Positions 29,385 to 41,867 of a stretch of DNA of 64,000 nt are shown in pieces. Every line of letters begins with the position of its first letter. Positions within the stretch are counted from its first letter, which is position 1. A model generated the notes under the pieces. That model did not search any database. It was not told the DNA's origin and worked only from the letters and a program-made list of their open reading frames with translations. Both the position numbers and the translations under genes were made by a program. Source of the DNA: an uncultured Planctomycetota bacterium (lineage in GTDB: Bacteria > Planctomycetota > Planctomycetia > Isosphaerales > Isosphaeraceae). The stretch is from contig CAWGMQ010000010.1 of NCBI GenBank assembly GCA_963823665.1, positions 192,001 through 256,000 of the forward strand, in the 5' to 3' direction.

Positions 29385-32300
29385 ATGCAGCGTCTCGCAC
29401 TCCTCTTGGCGTGCATTTCCCTCACGGGAGCCATCGTCCGCTCCTCTGAAATCGCCGCCGAGCCCGAGCAACAAGAAGCCCGGGCAAGCCAGCCCACGAA
29501 CTGGAATCCCTACTATCCGAACCGCGATTCTCCCCGGTTGACGACACCCACCTGGGTCGGCGAGCCCGGCGTCGAAGGCGTCGTCGTGCTGGCGATCGAC
29601 GACATGCGCAACACGGCCGGCTATGAGGCATTCCTCCGCCCGATCCTGAACCGGCTCAAAGCAATCGACGGTCGCGCCGCCCTCAGCATCATGACCAACC
29701 AGATTCGACCCGACGATCCTCAGCTCCAGTCGTGGCTGCGAGAAGGTGTCTCGATCGAATGCCACACGCTCACCCACCCCTGCCCATTCTGGGCGAAGGG
29801 CGATTTCACCGCCGCGGCGCGCACTTACCACGATTGCGTCGATCTGATCAGCCAGATTCCGGGTAACAAGCCGGTGGCATTTCGGATGCCCTGCTGTGAC
29901 TCGATGAACACCGTGAGCCCACGGTTCTTCTCCGAGATCTTCGCCCGGAAGAGCAGGGGGGGCCATTCCCTCTCGATCGACTCGTCCGTGTTCACGGTTC
30001 TGACTCCCGATGATCGAGCCCTCCCGCGCGACCTCGTCTTCGACGCCGGCGGCAAGGAGCGGTTCCGCAAGTACATTCCGTTCCCGGGTTTCGTGAACAC
30101 CATCGAAAACTACCCTTATCCCTACCGGATCGGCGACTCCTGCTGGGAGTTTCCCTGCATCGTTCCCAGCGACTGGGAAGGCCAGAACCTGAACAAGCCC
30201 AGGAACCCCAGAACGCTCGACGACATCAAGGCGGCCCTCGATTGCGTCGTGCACAAACAGGGCGTTTTCAACTTCGTGTTCCACCCGCACGGCTGGATCA
30301 GCTCCGATCAGGTCGTCGAGCTGATCGACTACGCCGTGAGGGTCTACGGCACGAAGGTCAAGTTTCTCAACTTTCGCGAGGCCCTTGATCGCTTGAACAA
30401 GAATCCGCGATTGGCCGAAGCGTTTGCACCTCGTCCGCCGGCAGTCCCCGCCGGCGAGCTGCCTCCCCCCCGTTTCACTGATGAGAAAGGCCGCGACGCC
30501 GGGCTGCGACTGGTCGATATCGACGAAGACGGCTACAAGGACGTCGTCTGGTCAAACGATCAAGACTTTGGCGTCTATCTATACGATCCGGCAACGACAG
30601 GCTGGACCCGCCGGGTGATCGCGGGCCCCTCGGCCGCTCCCGGCGCGCTGCCGAAGATCGTCCGCGACGGCACAGACAACGGGTTCTTCGTCCACTCGCG
30701 GCAGCTTTGCTGGCAGAACGAGGAGACGGTCGCTCAGCCCAGCCTGGTATTAAGCCGCTCGTTCAACGATCTCTTGAAGGACATTGAGCCTCGCGGCAAG
30801 TCAATCGCGGCGTCGCTGAATTCGATCCGCGTGGCGCCCGGCTTCAAGGTCGAGCTCGTCGCATCCGAGCCGCTGGTCAAGGATCCGATCGCCTTCGACT
30901 GGGGGGCCGACGGCAAGCTCTGGGTCCTGGAGATGGGTGATTATCCCCTGGGATTGGACGGCCGGGGGAAACCGGGCGGTGTCGTCCGCTATCTCGAAGA
31001 CCAGAATGGCGACGGAATCTACGACAAACAGACGACCTTTCTCGATGGACTCGGTTTTCCCACCGCTCTCTTGCCCTGGCGGAACGGTGTGCTGGTCGGG
31101 TGTGCCCCGGACATTTTTTACGCGGAAGACAAAGACGGCGACGGCAAGGCTGACGTTCGCGAAGTGCTCTTCACCGGATTCACCGAAGGCAATCAGCAGC
31201 ATCGGTTCAACGGCTTCGAGCTTGGCCTGGATGGCTGGGTTTATGGCGCCAACGGCGACAGCGGCGGGCAGGTGCGTTCACTGAAGACCGGGAAATCGAC
31301 CTCGTTGAGCGGCCGCGATTTCCGGTTCCATCCCGATACCGGCAAGTTCGAGGCCGAGAGCGGCCAGACGCAGTACGGCAGGCACCGCGACGACTGGGGG
31401 CACTGGTTCGGCAATAACAACCCCAACTGGGCGTGGCACTTCGTCCTGGCCAACCACGACCTCGAGCGCAACACCACCTTCGCCCCGCCCGACCCTCGCC
31501 AGACGCTCGAGCCCGACACAAGGCTCTTCCCCACAAGCCGCACGCTCGCCCGGTTCAACGAGGTCGGCATGGCCGGCCGCGTCACCTCGGCCAACAGTCC
31601 AACGCCCTATCGCGACGAGCTTTTCGGGCCTTGGTTCGCCTCGAGCCTGTTTGTCAGCGAGCCCGTGCACAACCTCGTGCATCGAATCGTGCTCGAGCCG
31701 GCTGGCGGCACTTTTCGCGGCCGCCGCGGGCCGAATGAATCGGATCGCGAGTTCCTCGCCTCGAGCGACAACTGGTTCCGGCCGACGATGCTCAAGACCG
31801 GCCCCGACGGTGCGCTCTGGATCGCCGACATGTACCGCTACGTCATCGAGCATCCGGAATGGATTCCTGACGATTGGGAGCAGAAACTCGACCTGCGCGC
31901 CGGCAGCGAACAGGGCAGGATCTACCGCGTTTATCCGGTTGACGCCAAGCCACGGTCGATCCCTCGGCTGGACAGGCTCGATACAGCCGGGCTCGTGGCC
32001 GCACTCGAAAGCCCAAGCGGCTGGCAGCGCGACACGGCGCAGCGCCTCCTGTTGCATCGGCATGATCCCGAAGCGAACGCGCCGCTTCGCAAGCGAGTGC
32101 GCGACACAAAGCACCCCAAGACGCGAGTGCAGGCGATCTGGACACTGGCGGACTTGAATGCCCTGGACGAACTGTCGATTCTGGCGGGCCTCGAAGATCC
32201 CGATCGCAGGGTGCGCGAGAGTGTGGTCCCTGCGGTCTCGATGATGGAGCAATCGACCGTAGAGGTGTTCATCGCCTTGATCAAGCTGAGCGGTGACCCG

Positions 32301-33637
32301 AATGCTCAAGTCCGATTTCAGTTGGCGCTGCGCTCGGCAACTTTGAGGGCAAACTCGCCGGTTCAACCTTGGCATCGCTTTCCGTCCGCGATCGGCACGA
32401 CCCCTGGATGCGGGCCGCGGTCATGAGCTCGGCGGCGCATCACGCGGGTGAGCTGCTCCTCACCACCCTGTGCGCGAAAGCGGGCGGGCAGGTCGAACCG
32501 GAGCCGTCCGCGGATATGCTCCCACCCCTCTTGAGCCTGGCCGTCTCACGGCGCGATCGTGCCGCGATCGATCTGATCGAGAAGGCAATCGCCAAGCCGG
32601 ACGGACCGGATGGACAATACACACCGTGGCAATTCGCCGCCCTTGCGGTGCTGCTCGAAGCACGCGACCGGGTGAACGTTCAGCCGGCGGTCGACTTCGA
32701 CGCTCCCTTTCTCGCCGTCTGGCCGGCAGCGCGTGCCACACTCGCCGACGAGAAGGCCGACGAAGGATTGCGTGCCGCGGCCGCTTCGCTCGTCGGTTAC
32801 GGCGCCAGTCGCGCGACGGTGGGGCGTGCCGCCAATGATCGTGATCTGCTGCTCGGGCTTCTAAGTCCAAGGGTATCCGTCGGTCTTCAGCGAGCGGCAG
32901 TCGTGGCATTGGGAAAGGCAACCGACCCCAAGATCGGCGATATGATGGTGCGTGATTGGAAAGCGCATTCCCCACAAGTACGAGACGTGATCCTCGATAC
33001 CTTGCTCAGCCGGCCGGCGTGGATATCGTCCCTGCTTTCCGCGCTCGAGGACACGTGTGTTCCGCCCGGAGAAATCGATCCGGCCCGGCGGCAGCGGCTG
33101 CTCACTCTTCGCGGTTCTGACTCGCTTCGGGCTCGCGCCGAGGCCGTCTTCGCGCACCAGGCGCAGTCGCGTAAGGCGGTGGTGGATTCGTTCCGCCCGG
33201 CACTGGCGATCGTGGGTGACCGGTCAAAAGGCGCCGTCGTGTTCAAGAAACTCTGCGCCTCATGCCATCGCCTGGGGAACGAAGGCGTGGAAGTCGGGCC
33301 CGACTTGGCGGCCCTGGCGGACAGATCACCCGAGGCGCTCTTGATCGCCGTGCTCGACCCGAACCGGGCGTTCGAGACGAAGTACGTCAGCTTCACGGTC
33401 GCCACCCGCGATGGCCGCATCTTGAATGGAATGGTGGCGAACGAATCTGCAACGGCCGTGACGCTGCGCCGTCAGGATGGCAAGGAAGACGTTCTGCTGC
33501 GATCGCAAATCGACGAAATGGCGTCCTCGGGGCAGTCGCTCATGCCCGAAGGAATGGAAAAAGACTTGAAACCGCGCGACCTTGCCGACTTGATCGCCTT
33601 TCTAGGATCGAGCGCCGCCCCGAAAACGTCCGAGTGA
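29385..33637 (+). CDS. PVC-type heme-binding CxxCH protein with N-terminal polysaccharide-deacetylase-like domain, FG-GAP-like segment, dehydrogenase propeller, HEAT repeats and cytochrome c; frameshift near 32330
   Basis: LAIDD...HTLTHPC...FRMPCC; DIDEDGYKD; PGFKVELVASEP...DMYRYVIEHP; CASCH at 33254-33268; SLMPEG. Confidence 0.87.
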
Positions 33638-33643
33638 ACAACC

Positions 33644-35056
33644 ATGTCCAAGCCGACTGACGTTCGACCGGTTGCCGTCGCGCTGTACTTCCTGCCGATC
33701 AAGAGCCGCGTGCCGCTCAAGTTTGGGCCGGAGGTCACGACCGAGGTGACTTGTGCGCGTGTGAAGATGACCGTCGAAGACCGCCAGGGAAAGCGCGCAT
33801 CGGGCTGGGGCGAGACGCCGCTCTCGGTCCAGTGGGTCTGGCCCAGCCAGTTGAGCTACGAAGAACGCCACCAGGCGCTGCGCAGCCTTTCGCTCGACAT
33901 CGCCCGGGCGTGGCTCAAATCACCCGTTGCTCCCGGTCATGCTATGGAAGTGGGCTATCGGTTCCAGGCCGAACTCCTGCCCACGCTCACTCATGATTTT
34001 AACGCTCAGGAATCGCGCGAGCGCGAAGGACTTCCCCACCTCGCCGCCCTCGTCTGCGCCTCGGCTTTCGACCTCGCCCTGCACGACGCCTACGGCGTTC
34101 TTCATGAGGTGTCGACCTACGAGACTTACAATCAACAGTTCATGAATGTGCCACTGCACGTTTTCCTGAAGCCCGCCGAGGGCTCGGATGTCAGTTTCAC
34201 CGATCGTTGGCCTCAAGAATTCCTGGTCCGCCCGCGGCTCGAGTCAATCCCAGCTTGGCACTTGATCGGGGGGAAGGACCCGGTCGATCCCTCCGAGCTG
34301 ACGGGAACCGAGCCCGACGATGGCTACCCTGTGCTCTTGCGCGATTGGATTCGCCGCGACGGGCTCAAGTGCTTGAAGGTGAAGCTCCGCGGCGACGACG
34401 CGGCCTCGGACTACGATCGGCTCGAAAAAGTCGGCAAGCTGGCGATCGACGAGAACGTCGACTGGCTCACGGCCGACTTCAACTGCACGGTCGGAGAGCC
34501 GCAGTACGTCAATGCCATTCTCGATCGCTTGATGAAAGAGCATCCGCGCGTCTACGGCATGTTGCTCTACGTCGAGCAGCCGTTCCCGTATGACCTGGAA
34601 GCGCACCGGATCGACGTGCGCAGCGTTTCGGCACGAAAGCCGCTCTTCATGGACGAAAGCGCGCACGATTGGCGGTTTGTGCAGCTCGGCCGCGAGCTGG
34701 GCTGGACCGGCGTCGCCCTCAAAACGTGCAAGACCCAGACCGGCGCGATTCTCGCGCTGTGCTGGGCGAAAGCGCACGGGATGACGCTGATGGTTCAAGA
34801 CCTGTCGAACCCCATGCTCGCCCAGATTCCACACGTGCTGCTGGCCGCCCACGCCGGCACGATCATGGGGGTGGAGTCAAACGGCATGCAGTTCTACCCC
34901 GATGCGTCACTCCCCGAGGCGGCGGTCCATCCGGGTCTTTACCGGCGCAGCGGTGGGATGCTTGATCTATCCTCGGTGCGAGGTCCGGGCTTCGGCTATC
35001 GCATCGGCGAGATCAAGCGAGAGCTCGTGGACGCAACGTTTGCCGATGAGGTGTGA
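33644..35056 (+). CDS. Enolase superfamily (mandelate racemase/muconate lactonizing) protein
   Basis: KVK, DFN, EQP and DES metal ligands; 6 nt downstream of the preceding gene. Confidence 0.88.
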   Translation: MSKPTDVRPVAVALYFLPIKSRVPLKFGPEVTTEVTCARVKMTVEDRQGKRASGWGETPLSVQWVWPSQLSYEERHQALRSLSLDIARAWLKSPVAPGHAMEVGYRFQAELLPTLTHDFNAQESREREGLPHLAALVCASAFDLALHDAYGVLHEVSTYETYNQQFMNVPLHVFLKPAEGSDVSFTDRWPQEFLVRPRLESIPAWHLIGGKDPVDPSELTGTEPDDGYPVLLRDWIRRDGLKCLKVKLRGDDAASDYDRLEKVGKLAIDENVDWLTADFNCTVGEPQYVNAILDRLMKEHPRVYGMLLYVEQPFPYDLEAHRIDVRSVSARKPLFMDESAHDWRFVQLGRELGWTGVALKTCKTQTGAILALCWAKAHGMTLMVQDLSNPMLAQIPHVLLAAHAGTIMGVESNGMQFYPDASLPEAAVHPGLYRRSGGMLDLSSVRGPGFGYRIGEIKRELVDATFADEV

Positions 35057-35082
35057 GGGCACTCGAGCCGAGCTCGATCGAT

Positions 35083-35104
35083 GTAGGGTCCGCCGTTGCG
35101 GACC
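35083..35104 (+). repeat. GTAG-type REP-like palindrome
   Basis: GTAG-GGTCCGC-CGTT-GCGGACC. Confidence 0.6.
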
Positions 35105-35130
35105 GTCCGGCCGATAATCGCGCTCGCGAG

Positions 35131-35653
<523 letters not shown>

Positions 35654-35873
35654 TCATCGTACGGACGTTCGGTGCTTTCGCCAAGAGTTCGTCCGGTGTG
35701 TAGTGACGGCCATTGCGGACATGCTAGAGTGGTACCGCCAGATGAAGGTGGTGAGCGGCTGCTTCTTCCAGGCGGCTCCAAGCGAAATCCCGACTCCGGG
35801 CCAGGGCCCCGCCATCCCTGGCGCTGGCACTCAGTCTCCGCGTGATCGTCCTCTTCTGACGGAGCCCACACTC

Positions 35874-37283
35874 ATGCCCACGCTGCTCGCCAGGAACGCC
35901 GAAGTACTGGTGACCATGGATGGCTCCCGGCGCGAGCTGAAGGGCGCCGGACTCTTCACACGGGACGGAATCATCGAGCAGGTCGGTGCGACAGCCGAGC
36001 TGCCCGATACGGCCGACCTGGTGCTCGATCTCTCCGGCCAGATCGTCTTGCCCGGCTTCGTGAATACACACCACCACTTAGACCAGACGCTCACGCGCAA
36101 CCTGCCGGCCGCGCAGAACAATAATCTTTTTCCCTGGCTCAAGGTGCACTACCGGCTCTGGGCGCGCCGCACGCCCGAGGCGACGCGCTGGTCGACGCTG
36201 GTTGGCCTCGCCGAGCTGGCGGCATCCGGCTGCACGACAGTCTTCGATCACTCGTATGTCTTTCCAAACGGCTGCCGCGTCGACGACCAGATCGCCGCGG
36301 CGCAGGAAATCGGTGTCCGCTTCCACGCCTGCCGCGGCTCGATGTCGCTCGGCGAGTCGCGCGGCGGTCTGCCGCCGGACGACTGCGTCGAGGGTGAAGG
36401 AGCGATTCTCAAGGACTGCGTGCGCGCGATCGAAGCCTATCACGATGACCGCAAGGGCGCAATGACCCGCGTCGTGCTCGGCCCGTGCTCACCCTTTTCC
36501 GTCAGCACCGACTTGCTCAAAGAATCGGCCAAGCTGGCACGCGCCTACAAGGTGTCGCTGCACACGCATCTTTGTGAAACCTGGGACGAAGAGCGCTACA
36601 CGCTCGAGCGCTACCGGCTTCGCCCGGTCGCCTGGATGGAGACCTTGGGCTGGCTTGGCGATGACGTATGGTTCGCGCATGCGGTGCACGTTGATGACGA
36701 CGAGATCCGCCAGTTTGCCCGGAGCGGAGTCGGCGCCGCGCATTGTCCGTGCTCGAACATGCGTCTCGCATCCGGCATTGCCCCCATCAAGAAGTACCTG
36801 GCCGCCGGCGTGAAGGTCGGCCTGGGTGTGGACGGCTCGGCCAGCAATGACGCGTCGAATATTCTGCTCGAGGCGCGGCAAGCCCTGCTCCTGGCACGGC
36901 TGCGGCTTGGTTTGTTTCCACCCGAGGGACCGCGGCAGTTCTTCCTGCTTTCGCAGTCGGATCCATTGCGTGCCCACGAATGGATGACCGCGCGCGAGGC
37001 GCTCGAGTTTGCCACCCGCGGCGGTGCGGCGGTGCTGGGCCGCGACGATATCGGCTCGCTCGAGCCCGGCAAATGCGCCGACTTCTTCAGCATTAACCTC
37101 CACACAGTTGATTATGCCGGAGCCCTGAACGATCCGGTCGCCGCCACGCTGTTCTGTGCGCCGCAAAAGGCACGATACACAGTGATCGGTGGCCGCGTCA
37201 TCGTGGAGAACGGCGTGGTCGTCACCGTCGACATGGGGCCGGTGATCGAGGCGCACAATCGTTTCTCCCTGTCGATCGCCTGA
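35874..37283 (+). CDS. 8-oxoguanine deaminase-like amidohydrolase
   Basis: PGFVNTHHHL.QTLTR, RGSMSLGES.GGLPPD, PCSPFSVS, HTHLCET, HCPCSNMRLASG, DGSASND. Confidence 0.88.
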   Translation: MPTLLARNAEVLVTMDGSRRELKGAGLFTRDGIIEQVGATAELPDTADLVLDLSGQIVLPGFVNTHHHLDQTLTRNLPAAQNNNLFPWLKVHYRLWARRTPEATRWSTLVGLAELAASGCTTVFDHSYVFPNGCRVDDQIAAAQEIGVRFHACRGSMSLGESRGGLPPDDCVEGEGAILKDCVRAIEAYHDDRKGAMTRVVLGPCSPFSVSTDLLKESAKLARAYKVSLHTHLCETWDEERYTLERYRLRPVAWMETLGWLGDDVWFAHAVHVDDDEIRQFARSGVGAAHCPCSNMRLASGIAPIKKYLAAGVKVGLGVDGSASNDASNILLEARQALLLARLRLGLFPPEGPRQFFLLSQSDPLRAHEWMTAREALEFATRGGAAVLGRDDIGSLEPGKCADFFSINLHTVDYAGALNDPVAATLFCAPQKARYTVIGGRVIVENGVVVTVDMGPVIEAHNRFSLSIA

Positions 37284-37480
37284 CGGAATTGATGTTCTAT
37301 GCTACGAGTGGCCGCGGTCGCCGGCGCGCTCCGTCAAACAGACAGGCGCGCCCCGCATTGAACGATTCTGGATTCTTATTCCATCGATCGGGCGGAAAGA
37401 ATAGAATCTCTTTGGTGTCGCTTGGGCTTTGCTTGCCCGGAATTCACGCACCATCTCCAGCCATCTGGCGGCTGCCATCC

Positions 37481-38310
37481 ATGGACCTGAACACAGTCAA
37501 TCGAGTTCGCCGCCCCGCTCGCGCCGAGGAGATCGCCTCCTGGGAAGCCGGATTTGCCTGGCTCGCCGGTGGTACCTGGCTCTTCTCGGAGCCCCAGGTC
37601 GACGTCCACACGCTTGATCGATCTCGAGTCGCTCGAATGGCCGTCACTGCAAGCCGTCGGACGACGGCCTGGAGATTGCCGCGACGTGCCGGGTTGTCGA
37701 GCTCGATCAGTTCGTCGAGAAAGCACCCGCGGGCTGGACCGCAGCTCCCGCTCTTCCGCCAGTGCTGCCGGTCCTTTCTGTCCTCGTTCAAGATCTGGAA
37801 CGAGGCGACGGTGGGCGGAAACATCTGCATGTCGCTGCCGGCGGGACCGATGATCTCGCTCACGGCTGCACTTGAGGGCGTCGCGACGCTCTGGCCCAGG
37901 AGCGGTGCACCGCGGCAGGTCGCCGTGGTCGATTTCGTCACCGGCAACCACCAGAACGTCCTCGCACCCGGCGAGTTACTGCGATCGATATTCCTGCCCG
38001 CGCACGCGCTCCGCAAGAAGTTCGCCTTCCGGCGGTTCACGCTCACGCATCTGGGGCGATCTGAAGTGCTCCTGATCGGCACCCGCTGCCCGCGAGAGCG
38101 GTGAATTCCTGCTCACGATCACCGCCGCCACTCTCCGCCCGGTCCAGCTCCGCTTTGAAGGCGTGCCGGCCGCGGACGAGCTGAAACGCGCGATCGACGA
38201 CGCCGTGCCGTTCAGCCTTTACCTCGACGACGTGCACGGGTCGCCTGCTCACCGCAAGCACTTGACGCATTACTTCGCGCGAACAGATTCGCTCGGAACT
38301 CGCCCACTGA
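37481..38310 (+). CDS. Xanthine dehydrogenase-family FAD-binding subunit (several frameshifts)
   Basis: LAGGTWLFSEPQ, SFKIWNEATVGGNICMSLPAGP, DDVHGSPAHRKH; pieces lie in three frames. Confidence 0.82.
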
Positions 38311-38334
38311 ACGCTCTCGAAGCGGGAAACCGTC

Positions 38335-41055
38335 ATGAACTATCGGATCAACGGCAAATCATTCGCGGCGGAGCCTCGTCCCGGCCAGTGCTTGCGAACC
38401 TTTCTGCGCAGCCTGGGCTGGTTCGGAGTGAAAAAAGGATGTGACGCCGGCGATTGCGGCGCATGCACGGTCTGGCTCGATGGCAAGCCCGTCCACAGTT
38501 GCCTCGTTCCCGCATTCCGGGCCGAGGGCCGCGAGGTCACCACGCTCGAGGGGCTCGCCAAGGGCGGCAAGCTCCATCCGATGCAGCAGGCGTTTCTCGA
38601 CGCCCAGGCGTTCCAGTGCGGCTTTTGCGCCGCCGGGATGATCATGACGTCGGCGAGCCTCTCCGAGAATGCAAAGCAGGATCTTCCCTTCCATTTGAAG
38701 GGAAACCTCTGTCGTTGCACCGGCTATCACGCGATCGAGGATGCGATCCGCGGCATCGCTTCCGTCGAGGAAGACAGCGCGGGCCATGCCTGCGGAGCCA
38801 GCCTTGCCAGCCCGCTCGCAGCGAGCCGATCGTCACCGGCAACGCCCGTTACACGATGGACGTCGAGATGGAGGGGATGCTGCACCTCAAGGTCGTGCGC
38901 TCACCGCACGCGCACGCACGCATCACGGCCATCCGCAAGGAAAAGGCGCTCGCCGTTCCGGGCGTCCACGCCGTCTTCACCTGGCACGACGTGCCGCGGC
39001 GGGCCTTCACGACGGCCTGTCACGACGACTTCCGCGTCGATCCCGACGACACCTACATGCTCGACAACGTCGCGCGGTTCGTCGGCCAGCGGGTCGCCGC
39101 CGTGGTCGCCGAAACCGAGGCCGCCGCCGAGGAGGGCTGCCGGCTGGTGGAACTCGACTACGAGGTGCTGCCCGCCGTGTTCGACCCCGAGGAGGCCATG
39201 ATTCCCGGCGCACCGCAAATTCATGGCGACAAGGACATCAACTCCCGGATCGAAGACATCGCGCACAACGTCTTCAAGAAAATCGAAGCCGAAACCGGTG
39301 ATGTGACCGCGGGATTCGCCGAGGCGGATGCAATTTACGAAGGCACGTTTTCGATGCCCAAGATCCAGCACGCGCACATGGAAACCCATGGCACGATCGC
39401 CTGGCTCACCTCCGACCAGCGCGTCCACGTCCGCACCAGCACCCAGACCCCTCACCTCGTCAAGAATCAAGCTCGCCCACCTGTTCCACATGTATCCGCA
39501 GCAGTTCCACGTTTTTTCCGAATTCGTCGGTGGCGGGTTCGGCGGCAAGCAGGAGCTGCTCACCGAAGACTTGTGCGTACTGGCGGCGCTCCAGACCGGC
39601 CGCCCGGTGAAATGGGAATTCACGCGGTCCGAGCAGTTCACCGCGTCGACCTCGCGCCATCCGATGAAGATCACGATCAAGCTGGGCGCGAAGAAGGACG
39701 GCACGCTCACCGCAATGCAAATCCACACCGTCTCCGACACCGGAGCCTACGGCAACCACGGCGGCGAGGTCCTGGCCTCGTCGCTCGGCTCGTCGATGGC
39801 CACCTACCGCTGCCCCAACAAGAAGGGCACCGGCTATGCGGTCTACACGAATACGGTGCCCTCGGGCGCCTTCCGGGGATACGGCGCGTCACAACCGGCC
39901 TTCGCCATCGAGTCGGCCATCGACGAGCTGGGCCGCAAGCTGGGCATCGACCCGTTCACGATGCGGCGCAAGAACATGATCCGCGCGCACGATCCGGTGC
40001 ACAGCATCTGGCCCTTCCCGCACGACGGCGTGATCGGCAGCTATGGCCTGGATCAGTGCCTCGATCTCGTCGAAAAAGCCCTGGCCAGCGGCCGGGGCGA
40101 GCCCAAACCCGATGGCGACGAATGGCTGGAAGGCAAGAGGTGTCGCCATCCATGCCCAGGACTGTGCCCCCCCCACGGAGCACCGCTCGGAATCCCACCT
40201 GTCGCTGCTGCCCGACGGAACCTATCACCTGGCGGTGGGCTCGGCGGAATTCGGCAACGGCATCCGGAACGCGCAGCGGCAGGTCGCCGCCACCGTGCTC
40301 AACTCGCGGGCCGCGGCCATCTTCAATGGATTTTGTCGACACCGACAAAACGCCCTACGACACGGGCACCTTCGCCAGCACGGGCATCAGCGTGGCGACG
40401 CTCGGCGTCCAGAGGGCCGCCGAAGCCTTGCGCGAAAACCTTCTCGACCTGGCCAGTGAGGTTTCCGGCGTGCCCGTCGAACAATGCCGCCTCGAGGACG
40501 GGCATGTGCGCTGCGGGGATCGATCGCTCTCGTTGCAAAAGCTCCACGACGAGCGCACCGCTTCCAGACAAGCTCCACGTGTCGCGCAAGGTGTACGGGT
40601 CGCCTCGTTCCACGGCCTTCATGGCCCATGGTTTTCGCATCGCCGTGCATCGCGTCACCGGCGAGATCCGCATCCTGCAGAGCGTGCAAGCCTTCGACGC
40701 CGGCAAGATCATCAACCCCATGCAGGCGCAGGGACAGCTCGAGGGCGGAATCGCCCAGGGGATCGGCACGACCCTGTTCGAGCGGATGGTGATCGACGCC
40801 TCGGGCGCCGTCGTGAATCCAACCTTCCGGAATTACCGCATTCCCGCTTTCGCCGACATCCCCCGATCCGAGGTTTTCTTCGTCGAGACTCACGACCGCT
40901 ATGGTCCGCTGGGTGCCAAGCCCTTCGGCGAGGCCCCCATCATCCCCGTCGCTCCCGCCATGGGCAACGCGCTCGCCGACGCAACGGGCATTCGCTTCCA
41001 CAGCCTGCCCTTCAGCGCCGACCGAATTTTCTCGCGCCTGGCAGAGTTGCAGTGA
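38335..41055 (+). CDS. Fused 2Fe-2S plus molybdopterin-binding xanthine dehydrogenase-family subunit (about 5 frameshifts)
   Basis: GCDAGDCGACTV, QCGFC, GNLCRCTGY, GGGFGGKQ, AFRGYG, DTGTFAS, QLEGGIAQG, GAKPFGE. Confidence 0.88.
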
Positions 41056-41093
41056 AACGGGCGATCACGGATCGCTCTACCCGGGAGAAACGC

Positions 41094-41782
41094 ATGAGTC
41101 CCGCACCCGCACCCGCGACCGATCCGATTCTCCCCGGCGATATCGTTGTGCGCGGGTCTCCACGGTCGTGGTTCAACGCGTGCCGTCGGACCGCGTGCCG
41201 CGCTTCCTGGAATGCCAGCGCGCTTTGATCGGCGCCGCCAAGGGCTTTTCCGGCTACCAGTCGACCGAGCTGATTCCGCCGTCCGAGGATCGGCCGGAAG
41301 AGTGGGTGGCGATCCTTCACTTCAACGACAACCCATCGCTTGAACGCTGGCTCGACTCACCGGTGCGCGCCGAGTGGGTAAGAAAACTCCGCGACGAAAT
41401 CGGCGACTTCGAGCTCAAGACCTTGCCGTCCGGCTTCGGCGTCTGGTTCGCCGGGCTCGCCACGGGCCCCGATCGCCCGCCTCCTGCGTCGTGGAAAATC
41501 GCGATGACCGTGCTCCTGGGACTCTATCCGATCGTCATGGTTCTTGCCGTGTTCACCGGGCCTTTGATTTCCCTCCTGGGAATGGCTGCGGTGATGCTCA
41601 TCAGCAATGCCATCAGCGTCGCCATCGGCCAATGGATCACGATGCCGCTCCTGACCAACCTTCTGCGCCCCTGGTTCGACGCGAATACACCCGACAAAGG
41701 GGCCTTTTCGATCGGCGTGCTCATCCTGATGTGGCTGTTCCTCGGATGTCTCGTCGTGCTGTTCCGCTTCGCGACCGGCTAG
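41094..41782 (+). CDS. Antibiotic-biosynthesis-monooxygenase-like domain plus membrane helices; frameshift near 41150
   Basis: FSGYQST...WLDSPVR, GFGVWF, PPPASWKIAMTVLLGLYP. Confidence 0.72.
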
Positions 41783-41801
41783 ATGTTCAGAACCGATCGC
41801 A

Positions 41802-41867
41802 CCCGTAGGTCAGGCTTCAGCCTGACGATTCCGTACTCCGGCGTCGGTCCAAAGCCTGACCAACGGG
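41802..41867. repeat. Inverted REP doublet (REPIN-like)
   Basis: cccGTAGgtcaggc-ttca-gcctgac, then an inverted degenerate copy ending gcctgaccaacggg. Confidence 0.65.

Noticed and set aside
37481..41782. Programmed frameshifting or phase variation in the xanthine dehydrogenase cluster
   Set aside because: Indels are scattered, of mixed sign and lack slippery heptamers; the same pattern occurs across the window.
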